From positions 704,001 through 768,000 of the forward strand of contig CAWCKW010000012.1 of assembly GCA_963796285.1 (NCBI GenBank): a DNA stretch of 64,000 bases, read 5' to 3'. Of the stretch, positions 60,577 through 64,000 are shown one piece after another (positions within the stretch are counted from its first letter, which is position 1; the number at the start of each line of letters is the position of its first letter). Source of the stretch: Nitrospirota bacterium (GTDB lineage: Bacteria > Nitrospirota > UBA9217). The notes beneath the pieces were generated by a model. The model had not been told where the DNA came from. It saw only the letters and a program-made list of their open reading frames with translations, and did not search any database. Both the position numbers and the translations under genes were made by a program.

Positions 60577-61107
60577 TTGCAAAAAGGACTCGTGATCGTT
60601 TTTACCGGAGATGGCAAGGGGAAGTCGAGCGCGGCTTTGGGAATAACGCTCCGCGCCTTCGGACATAACTTGTATGTATCCATTGTTCAGTTTATCAAAA
60701 GCCCGTCCGCTACGGGTGAGTCGCGGGCGGCTGAACGGCTTGCTCCTGAGATCGAATTCGTTTCACTGGGCAAGGGTTTTGTAAACTGTTGCGGCAGTAC
60801 CAAGCCATTGGACGAACATAAAAAAGCGGCTCATGAAGCGTTGGAAGCGGCACGCCAGCGCATCTTCGCGGGCTCCTGGGACGTCGTGGTCCTCGACGAG
60901 ATCAATAATGCGGTTCACCTTGGTCTGATCGATATCGGGGAGGTCCTGGAACTCGTCCGGAGCAAACCGTCCAAGCTGCACTTGATACTCACTGGACGTG
61001 ATGCGCACCCTGACCTTATTGCTGCGGCAGACATGGTCACTGAAATGCGTGATATAAAACACCCTTACCTTACCGGTATAGCCGCGCAGAAGGGCATAGA
61101 CTACTAA
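60577..61107 (+). CDS. cobO: Cob(I)alamin adenosyltransferase (CobO/BtuR)
   Basis: FTGDGKGKSSAALG, VQFIK, VLDEIN, LTGR, KHPY..G..AQKGIDY. Confidence 0.92.
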   Translation: MQKGLVIVFTGDGKGKSSAALGITLRAFGHNLYVSIVQFIKSPSATGESRAAERLAPEIEFVSLGKGFVNCCGSTKPLDEHKKAAHEALEAARQRIFAGSWDVVVLDEINNAVHLGLIDIGEVLELVRSKPSKLHLILTGRDAHPDLIAAADMVTEMRDIKHPYLTGIAAQKGIDY

Positions 61108-61189
61108 AAGTCAAATTGACTTTGAAATTTCAAAATGTTAACATTAATCAAGTTACACCGGTCCTGCCAACCCGGTGTAGCACACCCTC

Positions 61190-62155
61190 ATGAATACCTT
61201 TTCCGTTAATCTGACCATAGAAAACGAACAATCCCTGCCAAGCCTCTACGGTGACATGGACAAAAATCTCAGGCTGATCGAGAATACCTATGGAGTGATC
61301 CTGCACGCCCGAGGGAACAGGATCCAGATCGAAGGCGACGAGAAAACGGTTTCGAAAGTCGAGCATCTTATCAGACAGCTTGCCGATATGCTGGCGCAGG
61401 GAATCATTGTCCAGAAAGACGACGTAAAAGACGCAATCCAGGCCTTTTCCTCCAATTCATCCTCTACCTTGAAAGACATATTTCAGAAAACGATCCCCGT
61501 CTCGAGCAGAAAGCGTCCTGTTACGCCGAAGAACGAAACCCAGCGCGGATACATAGAGGCGATCAGGCAATACGATATCGTGTTCGGCATAGGACCGGCC
61601 GGCACGGGTAAAACCTATCTTGCCATGGCCACGGCTGTGTCCGCGCTCCTGCGGCGAGAGGTAAGCAGGATCATCCTCGTACGCCCTGCCGTGGAGGCGG
61701 GTGAGAAGCTCGGATTCCTGCCAGGCGACCTTTACGAGAAGATCAATCCCTATCTGCGTCCGCTGTATGATGCGCTTTACGACATGATCGAGACGGAAAA
61801 AGCGAACAAACTCGTAGAGCGCGGGGACATCGAGATCGCGCCGCTGGCCTTCATGCGCGGACGCACGCTGAACGACTCCTTCATCATCCTGGATGAGGCG
61901 CAGAACACAACGATGGAACAGATGAAAATGTTCCTCACCCGGCTCGGGTTCAACTCAAAGACCGTTATCACCGGCGATATCACCCAGGTCGACCTCCCTC
62001 GTGACAGGAGTTCCGGTCTCGTCGAGGCGCAGAAGATCCTCGAGGGCATTGAAGACATCCGGTTCGTCTATTTTACGAACAAAGATGTGGTGCGCCACAA
62101 ACTGGTGCAGCAGATCATCAGGGCATACGAACAGTATGAGGCAGCGGATGAATAG
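61190..62155 (+). CDS. phoH: PhoH-like ATPase
   Basis: GPAGTGKTYLA, RPAVEAGEKLGFLPG, APLAFMRGRT, LDEAQN, DVVRH. Confidence 0.95.
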   Translation: MNTFSVNLTIENEQSLPSLYGDMDKNLRLIENTYGVILHARGNRIQIEGDEKTVSKVEHLIRQLADMLAQGIIVQKDDVKDAIQAFSSNSSSTLKDIFQKTIPVSSRKRPVTPKNETQRGYIEAIRQYDIVFGIGPAGTGKTYLAMATAVSALLRREVSRIILVRPAVEAGEKLGFLPGDLYEKINPYLRPLYDALYDMIETEKANKLVERGDIEIAPLAFMRGRTLNDSFIILDEAQNTTMEQMKMFLTRLGFNSKTVITGDITQVDLPRDRSSGLVEAQKILEGIEDIRFVYFTNKDVVRHKLVQQIIRAYEQYEAADE

Positions 62156-63942
62156 CAGCGATAAAACAGCGGCGAGGCTACTGACCAAGCCCCAAGACCA
62201 GGATCACGACGGTGATGGTGTACTTGAAAGCCGCTTTCCTTCAGTCCGGATACTTAATATCGCAGTAGCCCTGGTGACTGCGGCCATTCTCGCCTTTGTG
62301 TTGCTTCCGCGGATCCCACTGCTGGAAGAGGGTGAGATAGCCATCAGCAATATCATAGCGCCGCAAACCCTGTATATCGAAGACCAGGGGTCTGACCAAA
62401 CTTCGATTTCGTTCAAGGTGAATAAGGGAGAGCTGATCGTTGGAGCAGGGCAGCGGGTAACGAAACGGGAGGAACGGATCCTCCAGGAAACCGCACATTT
62501 GGAAGGCATTGGCAAGCAGCTCGATGTCTATTTCGGCCTGTGCGTGTTCATCCTGATATTCCTCTACCTGTTCTACCGGGACATCAAGCGGTACCGGCCG
62601 GCGCTCATTGCTGACAGAAAAAAGATCGTGCTCCTCGCTGTCCTCCTGTTGGTGACGGTCATACTGTCGTACGCGGGGATATTCGTATTGTCGCTTGTTG
62701 CAAATAAGCTGCATCTTGATATCATGACGATCGGCTTCGTGCTTCCCGTGGCCGCGGGCGCTATGCTGACAAGCCTGTTGCTCGATTTCCATCTCGCCCT
62801 GGGATTCTCCTTTGTCGTCAGCATCCTGCTCGGCATCCTGTTCCCGGGTGAACCATTCATACCGGCCTACTACTTCCTGGGCAGCATCACGGCCGCGCTC
62901 AGCGTTATCCGGTGCAAGAAGCGGACAGCCCTATTGAAGGCAGGGGCATTGACGGCACTCGTCAACCTCTTGTCCATCATCGGAATTGACCTGTTCCGGG
63001 GGGAGCTCTTGAACCGCGGCATCTACGACCTGACCGCGGGTGTGCTCGGCGCCATCGCCGTGTCAACGATCGTCTCAGCGTTACTGCCGTTCTTTGAAAC
63101 GGTGTTCGACATCGCCACGGACATCAAGCTGCTGGAATTCCTTGATCCCAACCAACCGCTGCTCAAAGAGCTGGTGTATAAGAGTCCAGGGACCTACCAC
63201 CACAGCATTCTCATAGGAAACCTGGCCGAGGCAGCCGCCGAAGCGATCGGCGAGAACCCCACCCTTGCACGCGTCGGGTCCTACTACCACGATATCGGGA
63301 AGATCCACAAACCCGAGTATTTTATCGAGAACCAGCGGCCCACGGAGAACAAGCATGATCGCCTCATGCCGTCGATGAGCAGCCTGGTCATCGCGGCTCA
63401 CGTCAAAGAAGGAGTGGAGGTCGCCCGCGCGCACCGACTTCCGACCCAGATCATCGACATCATTCAGCAGCATCACGGCACCTCGCTTGATCACATATTT
63501 CTACCAGAAAGCGAAAGAGCTCCAGCCGTTCTCTCCCATCGCCGAGGAAGACTACCGCTATCCCGGACCCCGTCCAAGGACGAAGGTGGCCGCCATCGTC
63601 ATGCTGTCCGACTCCGTCGAGGCTGCTTCCCGGACCCTCGACAATCCGACACTCGATCGAATCCAGATGCTGACGAACAGCGTCATCACCCGCTTTTTTA
63701 TCGACGACCAGCTGAGCATGTGCGACCTTACGCTCAATGACCTGCGGGTCATATCCAAGAGCTTCAATCTCGTCCTGACCGGCAGCTTTCACCAACGGAT
63801 CGACTATCCCGGTATGGATTTCAAAGGAGACAAGAAACACAGTGAACATCAGGATAAAAAACACCCTCAGGAAAAGAAGGCTGCCAACTACGGCACTCCT
63901 GAAAAGGCTCACGAAGCTGCTGCGGAGTCTCGGTCTTCCTGA
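62148..63942 (+). CDS. 7TM-HD phosphodiesterase (PgpH-like), apparent extra base near 63488
   Basis: Multiple TMs; SPGTYHHS, YYHDIGK, YFIENQ, QHHGT | YRYPGPRP, MLSDSVEAASR, HQRIDYP; ATG overlaps the phoH end. Confidence 0.88.
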
Positions 63943-64000
63943 TGCCGAGTTGAGCATACTGTTCATCGGCGACCGGGCCATGCGCACCCTCAATCATACG
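63842..64000 (+). CDS. ybeY: rRNA maturation endoribonuclease YbeY (N-terminus, runs off window)
   Basis: GTG start; MNIRIKNTLRKRRL...LGLPDAELSILFIGDRAMRTLNHT; conserved phoH-pgpH-ybeY order. Confidence 0.75.
   Translation, partial: MNIRIKNTLRKRRLPTTALLKRLTKLLRSLGLPDAELSILFIGDRAMRTLNHT

Overview
Bacterial chromosomal window, moderately GC-rich; gene content and order tentatively suggest a Nitrospirota- or Desulfobacterota-like diderm. The accessory left part (1-34 kb) holds: (i) a giant cyclic beta-1,2-glucan synthase (GT84+GH94) between tRNA-Ala(GGC) and a 32-bp duplicate of that tRNA, with tRNA-linked repeats; (ii) a diverged tandem duplication of a HEAT-repeat + HD-GYP gene pair whose two partners share an unannotated N-terminal domain; (iii) an integrase-less, decaying integron cassette array with a truncated group IIC intron inserted in an attC; (iv) a CheB/CheR-PAS-kinase, fadE and an ABC/LolA-like export set. 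The right part (35-64 kb) is largely core: a PyrR-attenuated pyr/car operon with interloper genes, a heme-c sensor kinase, xerD, DHH/CBS tRNA nucleotidyltransferase, Na/Pi transporter, queA, tRNA-Gly, PBP1A, cobO, phoH, pgpH-like and the start of ybeY. The most pervasive unexplained signal is a family of short inverted tandem-repeat elements (7-, 8- and 9-bp units, the unit differing between sites) at many gene boundaries, several translated into proteins. Many +/-1 frameshifts, including in essential genes and mostly at short runs, look like sequencing errors. All alignments and folds were done by eye.
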